A DNA stretch of 64,000 nucleotides from Convolutriloba macropyga (Eukaryota), in assembly GCF_964194025.1 (NCBI RefSeq), contig NC_134474.1, positions 17,236,001-17,300,000 on the forward strand, in the 5' to 3' direction. The stretch's first letter is position 1. Every line of letters starts with the position of its first letter. Below are positions 26,420-39,842 of the stretch, piece by piece. The notes under the pieces were generated by a model. It was not told where the DNA came from, did no database searches, and saw only the letters and a list, made by a program, of their open reading frames with translations. Position numbers and translations under genes: made by a program.

Positions 26420-29400
26420 ACCCAACTTTCAATTGAACGGTTTTGGGAAAGGGGTACATCGGCCCCTCGCATACAATGGGAGAAGTGGCGTATCCAAGTA
26501 AAACAAGCAATCTGCAAGGGAGAACATAACGTTGGACACGCTACTTCAATCAAAACCAACAAATGTACGACTACTGGTCGAGCCAAAATACGAAATGGGC
26601 ATCGAGGATGCAACAGGTCAAGTGGAACGGAATCGTCAAACCCGCAATAGTCAGTTGAAGCTCCAATGGGAATTGAAATGCCAGAAAATCTGGGAGGCGG
26701 GTGTTTTGTGTGGCGAAAGACCATGGTCGCTATGTGATCAGAAGTGTGTCTCACTCCTCTACCTCAGTTTTGGGACGGAAGGAAAACGCCTTTTAACGCA
26801 AAAAATTCCTCATGATAACATCTACGACCTCTCTACTCTCAAACTTTGATAAGTGATGAAAATAGCTTTCGTACGACCCAGAAAGATCACTTTTGACCGC
26901 TATGTGCTCTTTTCGAGGAAACAGAAGAAGCGTGAATCTGTAGAACAGTTTTATAGCATTTTGAAAGAGTTAGCGGAAAATTGCGATTTCGAAAGTCGTG
27001 AGGAAGTGATAATCAAAAACATCTCTATCACTAATATGTTGGATGATGATATTCAACGTGAACTCCTCCGTGATACAGTAGACCCTGAAAGAGCCCTCAG
27101 TATAGCTGTCAATAATGAGATGGGACATCAAAACCAACAACGAATATCTTCCAACAACAACAACAACGCAAATGGCACTGCAATCAATGGCCATACAATC
27201 TTTCAATAGATGCGCAAATGCTCGTGGAAATTAATCAGGCCGAATTTCATTCAATGGAGCAGCGACTGGCCAGTGAAGAGGCTGTGGCCAAACTTCGACT
27301 TTAACGCATCGTCAAGTGTGCCCTGCTCTGGGTGAGAAATGTAATCATTGTGGTCTGCTCAATCATTTCGCATAGGTATGTCGGAAACAAATCAACAATA
27401 CAAGAACTTCTCGTCAAGGTATTGGCATCAATAATGTAAAAAAATCTGAAAATACAGAGCAGAACATAAATCCGGAGAATCAAAACGTAAATTACATAAA
27501 CTACAATGAACAGTTTAATTCTGAATATGACTCTTCCGACAATAATTATGTTGCAATGGTGGAAAATCTTAATACACCCCCAATCGCTTTGCGAAATATG
27601 ACAATAATAATTGGAAATACGAATTGCCAATTGCTCCTCGATTCTGGTAGCGGCTGTACTATCATAAATAAATCTCTTGCCAAGGAGATAATGTTTCATT
27701 GCATGCAAGCACAATGGTCAGAGAAAAAACCACTTGAACTCAAATCTTTTTCTAACAAAATAATTGAAACACTCGGAACATTGAAAACACCAGTTCGTTG
27801 TAACGATTGGAAAATTCAAAAAACAAAAATCGCGGTAGTTGCAGACGGTTTCCGACCTATTCTTGGACGTGATCTTTTCGATCAATTAGGAATAACTATC
27901 TCAAAAAAGCCTTGCCCGAACAAAGAAGAAAAGACTGTTGAAACACCTTTTGTAATAAAACAATCTCTGGCCAAAGAATTTCCAGAATTGTTTTCGAGAA
28001 TTGGAAAATCAAAACATCATACTGTCAACTCAAAATTTTATAGAAATTATCGTGTCACACATCAAAATGGGAGAGAAGACTGTTTCATAAACACTGTCAA
28101 ACGCACCGCAAGAAACGGCCTACTTTACGACACTCAATTTGCAGTACGCGTATAGCTAATTAAATTTGCATAGCGATACGGCCCGCCACTGTAACTTTAA
28201 TGCTGTAAGCGGAGATATGACCGGCACTTAGCGCTTTAAAACGGGATTTTGTGAACTAAAGGATATGCCTGCCGAATTTCAAAAAGCAATCGATTGTACG
28301 CTCGCCGGCCTGACTAATACATTCTGTTTTCTGGACGATATACTGATAGTAAGTAAAGGCGGAATTGAACATCATCTCGATCTTGTACCAAAATGTTTAA
28401 TAAAACTAAATCAGGAAAATCTTCGTATCAAATTAGCAAAATGCCATTTTGCGAAAGATCAAACTGAACGGCTCGGACATAGTATCACTCAAACAAGCAT
28501 TACACCATTATAAAAAAAACTGATGTCTTTGAGAAATTGTCTTCACCCTCAAATCTCAAAAAATTATCTCAAATTTATCTCAAATGTGTCACCCACTTAG
28601 ACCTCTACTTAAGAAAAATACAAAATTTTTTTAGACAGATGAACAAGAGCAATTTTTCAAATTGATAAAAACGAAAATTGCAAAATCAACCAAAAACAAG
28701 CATTTTAACCCCGATCTGGAAACACGTAAAAAATGCGATGCCTCATGTAAATGTTTGGGTTGTGCATTAGAGCAGCGAACTCGGAACGAATGGCATACTC
28801 GTTTCTGGTTTTGCCTCTCGTTTCTTAAATTTAATGGAAGATCGATATAGCATTAATGAGCTTGAATTATTGGGTGTTGTTTGGTCTGTCAAACACTTCA
28901 AATTCTACCTTTATGGTAAGCCCTTCGCAGTCATAACCGGTCACAGAGCATTGCTATCTATAATGAGAGAAAACAGAGCTAACAAATCGTTTAAAAGCCC
29001 CCTAGCACGTTGGGTGGATAGGCTTTTACATTTTGATTTCTCAACAGATCATCTCTTTGGCTCGAAAATGGGACTGGTCGATTATACCTTGCGCGAACCT
29101 CCGCAAAAAGCTGTTAATATTTCCACTTATGACGAGCAATTCAAAGTTGCTAAATTGGACGAAATTAAACGCAGAGCGAAACGCTTTTTATTAAATGCAG
29201 AAAATTATAATCATTTTTCGGCACGAAATCCACTTATAAAACCGGCCTCGAATAATCCGCATTCTAATGACAAACTTTGCAGTGAATTTGCACCGCGAAA
29301 TTGAGAATATACTGCGATTAATCAAAATGGCAAAAAAAACAATAAGCGAATTAACGCCAAATAACTCTTATTCCAATGCCAATATCGAGAACGCGAACAT

Positions 29401-31780
29401 TCCCGACCCGCTTTTTGCCTTAAATCCTTCTACCGATCGGTTGGATAAAGAAGCCATTAATTTTCGACAAATTGCCAATAGCTTCCACAACGTTTTGATG
29501 ATGTCGCACTCTGATGAAGAAACACTTATGCATCTGAAATTCTCAAATCCTTATGCAACTCAAACCACATCAAAAGTACGCTTTGCCGATGAAGCAGGCC
29601 CATCTACAGCCCCATCGGTACCAGCAACACCATCTACCACAAAAACGGATACAAAGGCAGCGGCCATCTACAGACAATCTCTACACAGACGCTTTTAACT
29701 TTGCCTTCTCAAAAAAGCTTTTCCAGTGATCTGATGACAAGTCTCACATGAAAGGATGCAATCCTCTAGGAAATCCGAGATTGTATACTAACGGACAATG
29801 ATGACAGGTGCCGCCAAATCAGCCCCTATATACATAGTTTTTGGAAAGATCTCTACGTAAATATTGGTTGCGTATGTATTGACGGTCGGATCGCCATCCC
29901 CAACTCTATAAAGGACGCATACGTAGAAGCAATCGATGCCATACATCCAGGGAGTTTTGGGATGACGGAAATGGCGATACACGCATGGTGGCCGTACATG
30001 CATCGGGTCATCATTACAAAAACGGCCAAATGTAACCCTTGCGTCCAAATTGGTAAAAATTTAAAGTCAATAATTCCTTCTAGCAAATGGGCACCATTAA
30101 AATTGTGTAAAATACCAAATGAGGAAATTCGAATTGATTTTGGCGGACCAATCTATACTGAAGAGAATCAAGAAGTCTACTTTCTTGCATGTATAGATCG
30201 AATCTCTTAATTTCCAACAGCGGAGGTATTTGATAGAGCAAATGCAGAGAATATATTTTTAAATTTCTTCAAGAGTATGTTTTGCTACACGGATTTCCTC
30301 GTACGATTAGATTAGATAAAGCGCAGTGCCATATTGGCCATCAAATTAAAGCCTTTTGTAATCAAAATAATATACAGTTAATTGAAGCTCCAATACACGA
30401 TCACAGAGCAATGGGGCTAGTTCAGAGGCTAATTCAAACAATCAAGAATCGCTTAGCTTGTATTAAACGGCGGCGCCAAATCAATTTAATTTGAAAGCAT
30501 CGATAAACTCTGTTATTTATAAACTCTGTTATTTATCAAGTACATGTCGCCAAAAGACAACTAATGTTTCACCGTTTGAAGCGCATTTTGGTAGAAAAGC
30601 AAATACTCCACTAAGTAATATTTCAACCGAGTCTGACTCTAGTAATCTCACATATAAATCAATTTTTTAAAAAATTTAGACATGGAGACAGTTCGCTGGG
30701 ACGAGTTAATCTCAGATGAGCAGTGGAACAATGATGCGAGAAGCGACATCGATCTGGAAACGAGTAGAGACTGACTCAGCAAGGACGCGCGGTACAACGG
30801 TGTATTGCAGACCAAAATAAGGAATTAAGAGTAGTTCCACACCCGAATGTTGGTCAAGCAGTACCCAAAACTGAGGCTTCACTAACATTGAAACTGGCGA
30901 AGATAAAGCACAAAACTAAACGTTCAAAAAAAGAGTATGGACGGTCTTTACGAGGTTCTCGCACCCAGGTCATTTGTTATAAAATCTGACGCATACACGT
31001 CAATAATAAAAGAACCAGGAAAACGGGAGGTGACAATACAGAAAGTCTGATTTAGCCAAATTTGAAACTATAGCAGAGAGACAAACAGAATTGAGAATCC
31101 AAAACGACATCGGGGAAAATTACAGAAGATCTCATCAAACAACACGCCAAAGAAGCAAGACGGAAATTGAAGGGCAACAAAAAGATCAAATTTAAAAGAA
31201 TTGCTGACGATATGAGTGCAGTTTCATCTATACATTCGAAAGTTTTAAGAGCATTGCTGGTGCGCATGTCGATGAAACCAAAGAAAACTCTCGTACCCGC
31301 ACCAGCACAACCACCTACAGAAACGGTGATCGATTTCGCGCCACCAATGGCCCTAGCGCAGACATCGATAGTACTCACGGGCCGCCGACCCGACCGAAAT
31401 GAAAGACAGCTACTAAAGCCACAGAAGCCTCACAACCCTCTCAAAAACGCAAACGCTCGTCCCCATCTATAACTGAGTCGGATGAATCACAAGCATCCAC
31501 ACTAACTTGTCCACCAACCGTATCATCTACTTCGGCACCCTCAAGACAAAAGCGAAGGCAGATGATAAAGCAGCAGCAAATACAGAACAAATCGATTGTA
31601 TCATTAATTCAAAAAACTGCCACCAGTAATCAAAATTAGGAAACAGATTTTACAGTAGGCGCCTCTTCACCAGTTCAATCATTTTTGGCACAGTACTACG
31701 TCTCTCCGAATTATGAAGGACCCGAAAATTCAATGACATTTCGCGAGGCGGATTGCACCTATGAAAGTGATTCAGATTAA
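26420..31780 (+). pseudogene. Fragmented gag-pol polyprotein
   Basis: ORF pieces: 26532-27209 (gag), 27556-28155 (aspartic protease DSG), 28265-28513 (RT), 28662-29304 (RNase H), 29962-30494 (integrase). Many stops, frameshifts and deletions in the RT N-terminus. Confidence 0.92.
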
Positions 31781-31874
31781 GTTGAACTTTTCACAAACAT
31801 TTTAGTATTAAGTATAGTAACCAGTGCATATGTATCAATTTTCTGATAAGCATGCTTCGTTGTTTATTTTTGTT

Positions 31875-31884
31875 GAGGGGGAAA
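31875..31884 (+). promoter_or_regulatory. Polypurine tract
   Basis: GAGGGGGAAA abutting the 3' LTR TG. Confidence 0.85.
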
Positions 31885-32486
31885 TGTGATATACTATAAG
31901 TGGTCATTGTCATTTGTAGTGCTAAAACCCCTAATTTCAATTAATCTTTAATTTAGTTCAGTTTAGTCATTTTGTTTTCATTTTTTTCAACTCTTGATTT
32001 GAAGATCAAATCTTCCTCGTTCATGCTTGCTAAATTTGTTTACTTAACATTGTGATTTCATTGTCTGTTCATACTGTCTGCTCATTCTGTTTTACCGCAA
32101 ATTTCCATTTTTAGTTATGATACGTTACGATCAAATTGCTGATCAAAATTCTGCTGTTCCTATTTGTTCATTCTCTTGAATCTAAATTCAATTTTCAGTT
32201 GACTCTCGCTCCGCTTTCACTTGACTTCGAATTTTGCACCGCAGATAACTCAATTCAAAATCTCAGATATAACTCTAATTTCGCTGAGCGAAATACCAGT
32301 CTAAAAGTTAACGCTATATTTGCGACGCGAATACCACTTAAAAGTGAGGCTCAGAAAGTTTATTCTACCAAGTACAAATGTAGTAGTGGAAACGCTCCGC
32401 GAAATCACTAATAATTTCGCAGCAACTAAAATTGTAGAGTCGCTCAGCAAACACACTCAACTACGGAAGACGATTTCTGTACGACA
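31885..32486 (+). repeat. 3' LTR (602 bp)
   Basis: TGTGATAT...GTACGACA followed by the TSD AAACC. Confidence 0.95.
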
Positions 32487-33573
32487 AAACCTTGCATTGT
32501 TTTTGGCAAAGTTTAGCAGAGTGTTTTGGCAACTGCAGTGGCGTGTCCTTTCTCTGCTCAATACACTTTTCATTGTGTCATTGTGAAGACAACAAAGCAA
32601 ATTTGTGACTGTGTCAGCTCGTTATGCAGGGAGCCGATTTTGAAAAATTTTTCGCGGAAAATTTATTTGCTGTGTATGAACATTGATGAAAACTAACTGC
32701 ATTTACCCTTGGTGAAATAAATGGTTTTTTTCGAGGATTGATTTACTGTTTGTTTTTTTGTTTCTTAATCTATGTTTGTAGAGTGATAAAATGCTCAGTG
32801 GTGTTCAATGTATAAATCAAAATATATTTTTTAAAGTTCTTAAAAAGTATTTTGAAGATGAAAACATCCGGAATTTTATCAAAGATCACATTTTTGGCGT
32901 GTTCTTTTCCTGATAAAAACTAGTCTTTTTGATACCAATGCTGAGCTATATTAAAAAACTGCTATTTGATCTGCTTGAATTCATATTTTTCTCCCATTAG
33001 AAATCGAAGCTCTGTCACTTCTTTTCTTGTCGGGAACTTCTTGTATTTCGCTCTGTTTCGCAATGAGTTAATGCTCCACGAAATGTTTCTTAGTAGATTT
33101 GTTTGAAAGGGAATGAGGCAATTGCGCTGTTTCGGGTATATAGCCAAGTATGGTACAAGAAACGATGATCGATTTATTTAAGAGTGCGAGTTTGAATTGT
33201 ACATTCAATTTTTTACATCTGCAAAGTGTCGGCCCGGTGTTGGTTGTTCACAGAATACAATATTAAGAAGAGTGCATTGCTGACTGTCTCATTTTGAACT
33301 GAACTTATTTAGAGTAGGCTTTTTGCGGAGCTAATTCGCTTTTATTAATTTTTGGGGGATTTTGCCTGGCGATATCAATTGCTTAACTAAGCAAACAAAA
33401 ATGAAGACAGTATTGAGTTGTAAAACCCTTAATGATATTGAAATTATTATTATTAATATTGAAAATGAAGAATTTGCGAAGCAAAGATGGTAGCAGATGA
33501 ATCAAAAATGATTGCGCGGAGCAAACAACATACTGTGAAAAATTTAACTGAAACAGTCAGCTAATTGGCGCTA

Positions 33574-33952
33574 CACTCTAAAAAATTGCAGATAACTTGA
33601 TTATAAATTGCAGGCAAATTTACCAAGAATTTGCAAGTAAACTGTTCTTTAATGCAACTTACCTGCAATTCTAGGAAAATTTGCCTGCAATGTACCTAGA
33701 AATTGCAGTGTTACCCTACTAGAAATTTACCTGCAAAGAAATTTTATAGGTAGTTCTACCTGCAAATTGCAAGTAAAAATTGCAGGTAGAACTACCTAGA
33801 AAATTCATTTTGCAGGTAATTTTTGGGTGAAAATAACTGCAAATTCTAGGTAAGTTCTAGGCATATTTACCTAGAAATTTACCTGCAAAAAATTCTAAGC
33901 AATTCTACATGCAACTCTTACATGTGATTTGCAGGTAGAATTACCTAGAATT
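33574..33952. repeat. Putative terminal sequence and subterminal repeat cluster of the CACTA/EnSpm element
   Basis: CACTCTAAAAAATTGCAG, then more than a dozen TACCTGCAA/TTGCAGGTA- and TACCTAGAA/TTCTAGG-like motifs in both orientations. Confidence 0.75.
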
Positions 33953-35863
33953 TCAAAGGACCAAATAGTAAACAAAAAACAATTCGTATAAAAAAATATA
34001 TCAACAAGTGAAATAAATGTATTTCTTGAATGACTGGCCTCAACGATAAAAATGACTCTCCTATCATTAAAAATTATTGCTCTCCTATTATCTCCTAGTA
34101 TTGCTCTGCTATCAATAAAAAACACGATGAAAAAGATTATAAAAAACAATTTGAAAAAAGTATGGATATTAAATGGTTCGCTTTGATTTTTTTTCTGAAA
34201 CAGTCTCTTTGCATTTTGAGAAATTACTCCTGCAAGCATTTTTTAATAACTAACAACTGATGTTTTTGCTTATAAAAGAACTCATTTCTTTCCTTAGACC
34301 ACGAAACGCGTTCTTTGCCCAGTGCTCATTTTTAATCCTTTTGCTTACGTCTTACGTCGTTTTACTTTGTTAACCAAAATTTGAACAATAAAGTCCGGAG
34401 TGCACGCTCAGAGTAAATCAGCACCGAATCATGAAATCTCAATTCTGTATTTTTATAATTGCCATAGTCTGATCATGTCACTTTTTGCTATGTCAAGACA
34501 AAAAATCAGACAAAAAAATTTTTTCATCTCTGAAAAGTCACTGAACAGACGAAAAGACCAGACTTAATTTATCATGCACAGTGCACTTTTTCATTCTGTA
34601 AAAAGCCTTATCAGCGAATCTCACAGACTGAGAAAAAAAGGACAGAGAAAAAATCAGCCTATTCTTACGGATCTGTAAAAAATTTGAAAAAAAGGGCAGG
34701 AAAAAGTGAATTGTACAAATAAATTCACCCCAAAATGATCTGGAAATAACAACTTACATTTAAATTTGCAGTTTCAGTATTTTCTTTGTTCAACATTCTT
34801 CGCGAGTTATCTTGTTGAATACTGTCCGGATCATGCTCCAACCCACTTTTGGCAAGTTCCAGTGAACTTTTCTGAATTTTCGCGACATAATCCAGACATT
34901 TGACGACCATCAGCGACTACTGTGACGATGTCACACCTTCCGCAGGTCAGCGATTTGAGGGGATCCTGATCACGTAGGACATCTTGGAGAGACGGGCCAA
35001 GTTGCGTCGTTGTCAGAAGACGCCCAGCAGCGTCAGAAAACGTTCCTTTCTCCTGAAGTAAAGAGAAAAACGACAGAGAACAAGATAAAGAGATATCATA
35101 GGGGGGGGGGGGGGGTTGCCTAAATGGGAGGTTACTTCAAATAACGTCATTAGAGGCTATTTTAAAACACTAAATTTTGGTGGGAAATTACATTTTCAAA
35201 GGTATGTGATATTTCTTCGGATCTGTTCGTGTCAACCGGGCATTAAAATTTATTACACAGGCAGTTTATTTATCTGCTATTTTCGCAACAGGTGTTGATT
35301 AATGAAACTTTAGACAAATAATGAAAATTACCACACAGTTGTTATCGCCACCGAGAAGTTATCAACGTCAGTTAATGCTCTGTGGTCAGATTTTTGGGCA
35401 ACTTATGACCAGACTTTGGCCTCTGATGAGACCGTAATGCGAAAAACAATCACGCTAAAAACAAAGTATTGTTTACCTCATGATAGATGCTGATCAAGTG
35501 TTCCAGTCAGCCTGGGCTGTTTCTCATTGTTCTGAAAAAAATTGAAAAACGAACAAGAAGAAAAGAATGATTTTATACTTCTGCATGTTATTCAAAGGCT
35601 GATCATTAACGTCACACCTAGTAGGACAATAACAGAAAAAAGTCACTTCTCAGCAAACAAAAACCAGCTGCCTAAAAATGTAATTAGTTTTCAATACTAG
35701 AATGTTTAAAATATACTCTCTATCCAGCTCTTTTTTCAATAAATGTCCTTTAGGCGGCCGGTTTTTTTCATTTTTGAACACAAGACAAAACGTTTCAACT
35801 TGAAAAATAAATTTCAAAAGCATTTTTATTATCAAGCGATTGGGAGACCATTTTACAACAATC

Positions 35864-36425
35864 TCACCAGAACTTCGAGAAGTCTTTCAAGACAGACAAG
35901 ATTAAAGCGCTCATATGACGATATCCTTCGCCATAAGGGTGGAAATGAAAGCGCTGGCGATTACCAAAATCCTTGTTTTTTACCATTTTGGGACTTTTGT
36001 ACTTGCGACCCAGTTTTGAGAACAAGTACAAACTGTTTTGCTCGACAACTTTCGGATTTAAATCCTTCCGCTTGAAATGCCCGCAAAATCGGACATATGT
36101 TGGCCAAATTAGTTCCTCAAACTTTCTATAGTTTTCATAAATATCGACGACTGGCAGGGTGTTGACATCGTCATCTCCCACAATGACAAACACGTGTGAG
36201 AAAGTTCTGGCTGTGCCAGCCAGATCTATTAGATCAGCGGACCTCCGTCCTCCTTTTTCCGAGAACTTTGGACTGCAAAAACAAGCTTTTAATTAAAAAG
36301 AATCCAGTTCAAACTCAAACTAACTAAAATCAAATAATTAGCCGTAGGCTTGTATGAGAACATCTTGCCGAATTAAGGGCAAGGAATCGCGAAGATTTGA
36401 GTCCCCTATTATGAGGAAACTCTTC
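35864..36425 (-). CDS. SGNH/GDSL hydrolase-like protein, spliced, possibly pseudogenised
   Basis: Exon ~36425-36342 encodes FLIIGDSNLR (block I). Exon 36272-35864, after a ttttgcag acceptor, encodes GG (block II), VFVIVGDDDV (block III-like) and FHFHPYGEGY (block V-like). The donor site between the two exons is not canonical. Confidence 0.55.
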
Positions 36426-36697
36426 TAAAATCGAAAAAACAGTTACTTATAAAATAACTCTTCTCATCATAAAAACAATCAGTAAATATAACATACTTAA
36501 CAAATACCCATAAATCCTCAATTTTGGTAGCAATCGCTCTTAAATTATAGTTTATCAAGACATGGACAGAATAAAGAAGCTCACTCTAGACATGTTGGGC
36601 GAATTTTCGACAAAAACGTTGAGACTTTCCCGTCAAAATAAAAAATATATTATGAAAACTTTAGACCCATTTAAATTCGCTTCTATGATAACAGCTG

Positions 36698-36892
36698 ACA
36701 ATATTTCTAAAAATGTTTTCCGATGAAACCACTTCAATTGTTTTACTTGTAAAGTTTTAAAGAATCCTCCTGTGCCATTTTTTGGGAGTACTCATATACG
36801 TTTGTCGGTTAACATTGAAGGAGGATTCTTAAAAATTTTACAAGTTAAAAAATTGAAGTCGTTTCAACGGAAGACACTTTTAGCAATATTGT
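36698..36892. repeat. Imperfect inverted repeat (~74-bp arms, 47-bp spacer)
   Basis: 36698-36771 is the reverse complement of 36819-36892 with scattered mismatches. Confidence 0.8.
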
Positions 36893-37493
36893 GATGTAAC
36901 CAAAGCATACAAAATAGCTGGCAGACTGCTAGAAAACAGCCGCTATAGCTTCGTAGATCTGCAGTTCCAAAAAGATGGGAAGAGACCCAAAAAAATTCTT
37001 TATTTAACTCTAAGGTGCCTTATTTCTATTAGGAATTGTATAACCAATTGCTCCTTCTATTAGCTGCCCTCAAAAAACCTTCAATTAGAGTGACACAAAG
37101 TTACTTGACCTTCTCTTTGAATTAGAGTAAAAAAGTCAATTCCAGAGAGGAAGTCATTTTTGAGAGTGAGGTAGGTCACTTGCGAACAAAATTTCAATCA
37201 CGCGAATGAACAACGAAATTTCTTTACGAGTGAAAAATGAGGTAACATACGCAATTCAGTTGAAACTGCATCAACCATTAAACAACAGGCAGATTTGAAG
37301 TTATATTGACGTCATATGGTTGTAACAAAAATCTTGAAAGAAAGAAAAAGGAAAAGACCAATAATAGCCTCAGCTATCGCTGTGCGGCTATTAAAAAACC
37401 AGTTTATTATGAAGCATTCAGCTTAAATGAGTACTTGAATTAAAACAAAGATAAATTCGCAGAGAGAACTCGGCAGTTTTTTGTCAATTATTT

Positions 37494-39520
37494 CTACGAG
37501 TGCTCGAAGATAGAACAGAGTTTAACCATCCATGATAAATTATCATTGTCCGCATCTGAGTTTTCTTGATATCGGAATACTTTTCTTAGCTTCTGCAAAG
37601 GCACAAGATTTTCCATGCAAGTACGAGCAACATGATAAATGAAACCTTTAACCCGGCCAACTTCCTCTAAAGTTGCATGGAGACGCACGTTCGCAAGAAC
37701 TTCATCAATTGGACCCAGAGAAGGAATTTTTATGAAGTACTGTATCTCGCCAAAAACTTCCCGGTCATCTTCCATAAAAAATACGTAACAGTTGCCTAAT
37801 TTTGAGCGGCCAAAAGATGTTGAGTCTAAATACACATTGTTCAAAAGTTGCCGATTAAAAATTACTCCGTTAGGATATTGCCTCCTCGCCTGCTTCACAG
37901 CATCTGTCTCAATAGTTTCGGAAGCGAAGCAAGTTTTATTTTGTTCTTCTTTGCCGGAAAATTTGTTGACGAGTGGTTCCAGTTTAGAATTCGAGATTTC
38001 AATGTGTGCAAGTCGGTGTTGCTCTGGAACTCGTCTGCAGATGACTGAACATTCGGAAGTAGAACCAGTGAACACTTCGCCTAGGGTCCGATTGGCAGCT
38101 TCGAAGCTCATAGCGGAGAAAGTGAACAACGGCCCAAATCGTCGAACTTGATCTGCTAAGTGTGTCAACGAATGGACGTTTATGGTCTCAATTCTCTCAT
38201 TTTGGTGAATTTCTGCAATATTTTCGCAAAACCTGTCCAGCAACAGCTTAGCAACAGAAATTTTTTCAGGAGAACTTGACTCCAACAGAAGTCTAATTCC
38301 AAAAACTAAAGAAATTAAACTTGTATAAACTTTTTGGCATATTCTTTCGCCGAAAATTAGTGGGCTCAGGTATAACAGCCAGTTAAAATGTTCATTGGCT
38401 TTGAACTGCCCCATCTCTTCCAGAGGCCGGATTTTCCTCGAGTATGCGATCATTTCACGAGGACAAGATAGATTGTTAATAATTGTCTTCACTCGATTCC
38501 TCTCTTATCCAGATAAAGATTTGAAACATAATTTAAGAGTCTCGGGAAAAACTCCAAACAACACACAGTGCATATAATCAGTCGGTGCACTCAAAGGCAA
38601 ATTTTTGATCAAACAGTCGAAGGCACTTCTATCTTTAACTCCTACGATGTTGTCGAGTTTTTGAATGCCATGGTTTTCAGCAATTTCAACAAAGATATTG
38701 TTTAGGACGGGTTCCCGTACTTCACCTGTCTGGCTGAATGGATAATATGAATGCGTCTTTTCTATTGTCTTTCCCTTCGCTGTGCAGTAATGGCACCCAT
38801 AAAATCCATTGAACTTAAACATGTTGCGTAAATGAGACTTTGCTCCAAGATCAGCTACAAGTAGGTTAACGTTAAATGCAACGGACAGACTAAGGTTCTC
38901 GTTTACGAAGAGCTCAATTGGAGTAATAAGCTCACCTCGAAGATTTGGCGTTATTAATTCCCAGTCAAGTAAACCCGATCCAACAATCAAACCTGCAAGG
39001 ACTGTATTTTTTTTGGCCATTCGCAATATAGGAGGCAAATCTGTCACCTGGAGCCAAATAGGCCAAATTTCTTTTATCAGGGTGGATTTTTTAATATTCA
39101 CGCCATCTGTGAAAAGGTTTAAATTAATGTCTATTCTATGAGCTGGACTTACTTTAACAGGTGGTGCTATCGAAAAATTGAGATCATTGTGTGGATTACG
39201 CTTCCTGTACTCAGAGTAATTGAATATTTGATTGAGGTTTCGTCTCACTATGTCTCTAAGTTGAAAACGGAATCGAAGAATACAAATCGAAAAAGTTTCG
39301 CCTGTTTCCAACGAGCAAATATTATCATTAAAATTTTTCTTCATTTTCACTACATGTGAGTAGCCTGAAAGAAAAACGTTTCCGAATAGAACTGATTAAG
39401 GAAAAAAGTGAAATCGAGCATTCGTCGGATAAATGAAAACGAGAACAGAAAATCTCTGCCAATGCCGTTGCATCGGTAAGATTGACATCACTTCCTTCGA
39501 ACAATTTTGGAGAGAAATTC
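37494..39520 (-). pseudogene. EnSpm/CACTA (CMC) DDE transposase, disrupted by one in-frame stop (38505-38507) and a frameshift near 39390
   Basis: Motifs FTDGV, IWPIWLQVTDLPPILR, VADLGAK, FNGFYGCHYC, DYMHCVLFGV, FKANEHFNWLLY and NVHSLTHLADQVRRFGPLFTFSAMSFE. ORFs 38505-39350 and 37494-38492 are in the same frame, four codons apart. Confidence 0.92.
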
Positions 39521-39842
39521 TCGTTACCTTTGATGTGTACATACGTCTTAACGTTCTCAGTTATGGATGAGACTGGGGGAGCGGGAGGTTGATTACTGCA
39601 TAAAGGAAGTGGTGATGAAACACGCAAGAGAATTAGATCTAGCGTTTCATCAAGATTTGTGCTTCCGTTTTTACTTGTGGAGGTGGACGGACTCGTTAAG
39701 CAATTGTCTGAATTTATCACTGATGAAACAGAAATGGATTCATTGAGAGGTGTGGAGGGAGTGGAAAGCTGAACTTGGTACTCTATGGCTCGGAAGATTT
39801 TCTGAGAATCCATCTGCATCTTGTCCTGAAAGCCAAAGCTCT

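Larger units (their letters stand above)
25805..32486 (+). mobile_element. Decayed Ty3/Gypsy LTR retrotransposon with both LTRs (Mag-like architecture) and 5-bp TSD AAACC
   Basis: Two TG...CA LTRs, PBS and PPT. AAACC at 25800-25804 and 32487-32491. Internal gag, protease (LLDSGS), RT (FLDD), RNase H (CDAS; YSINELELLGVVW) and integrase (IDFGGP; IRLD). Confidence 0.97.

Noticed and set aside
34725-35535. Additional minus-strand exon-like segments inside the CACTA element
   Set aside because: Splice-like sites exist, but no consistent open frame or recognisable domain could be assembled.
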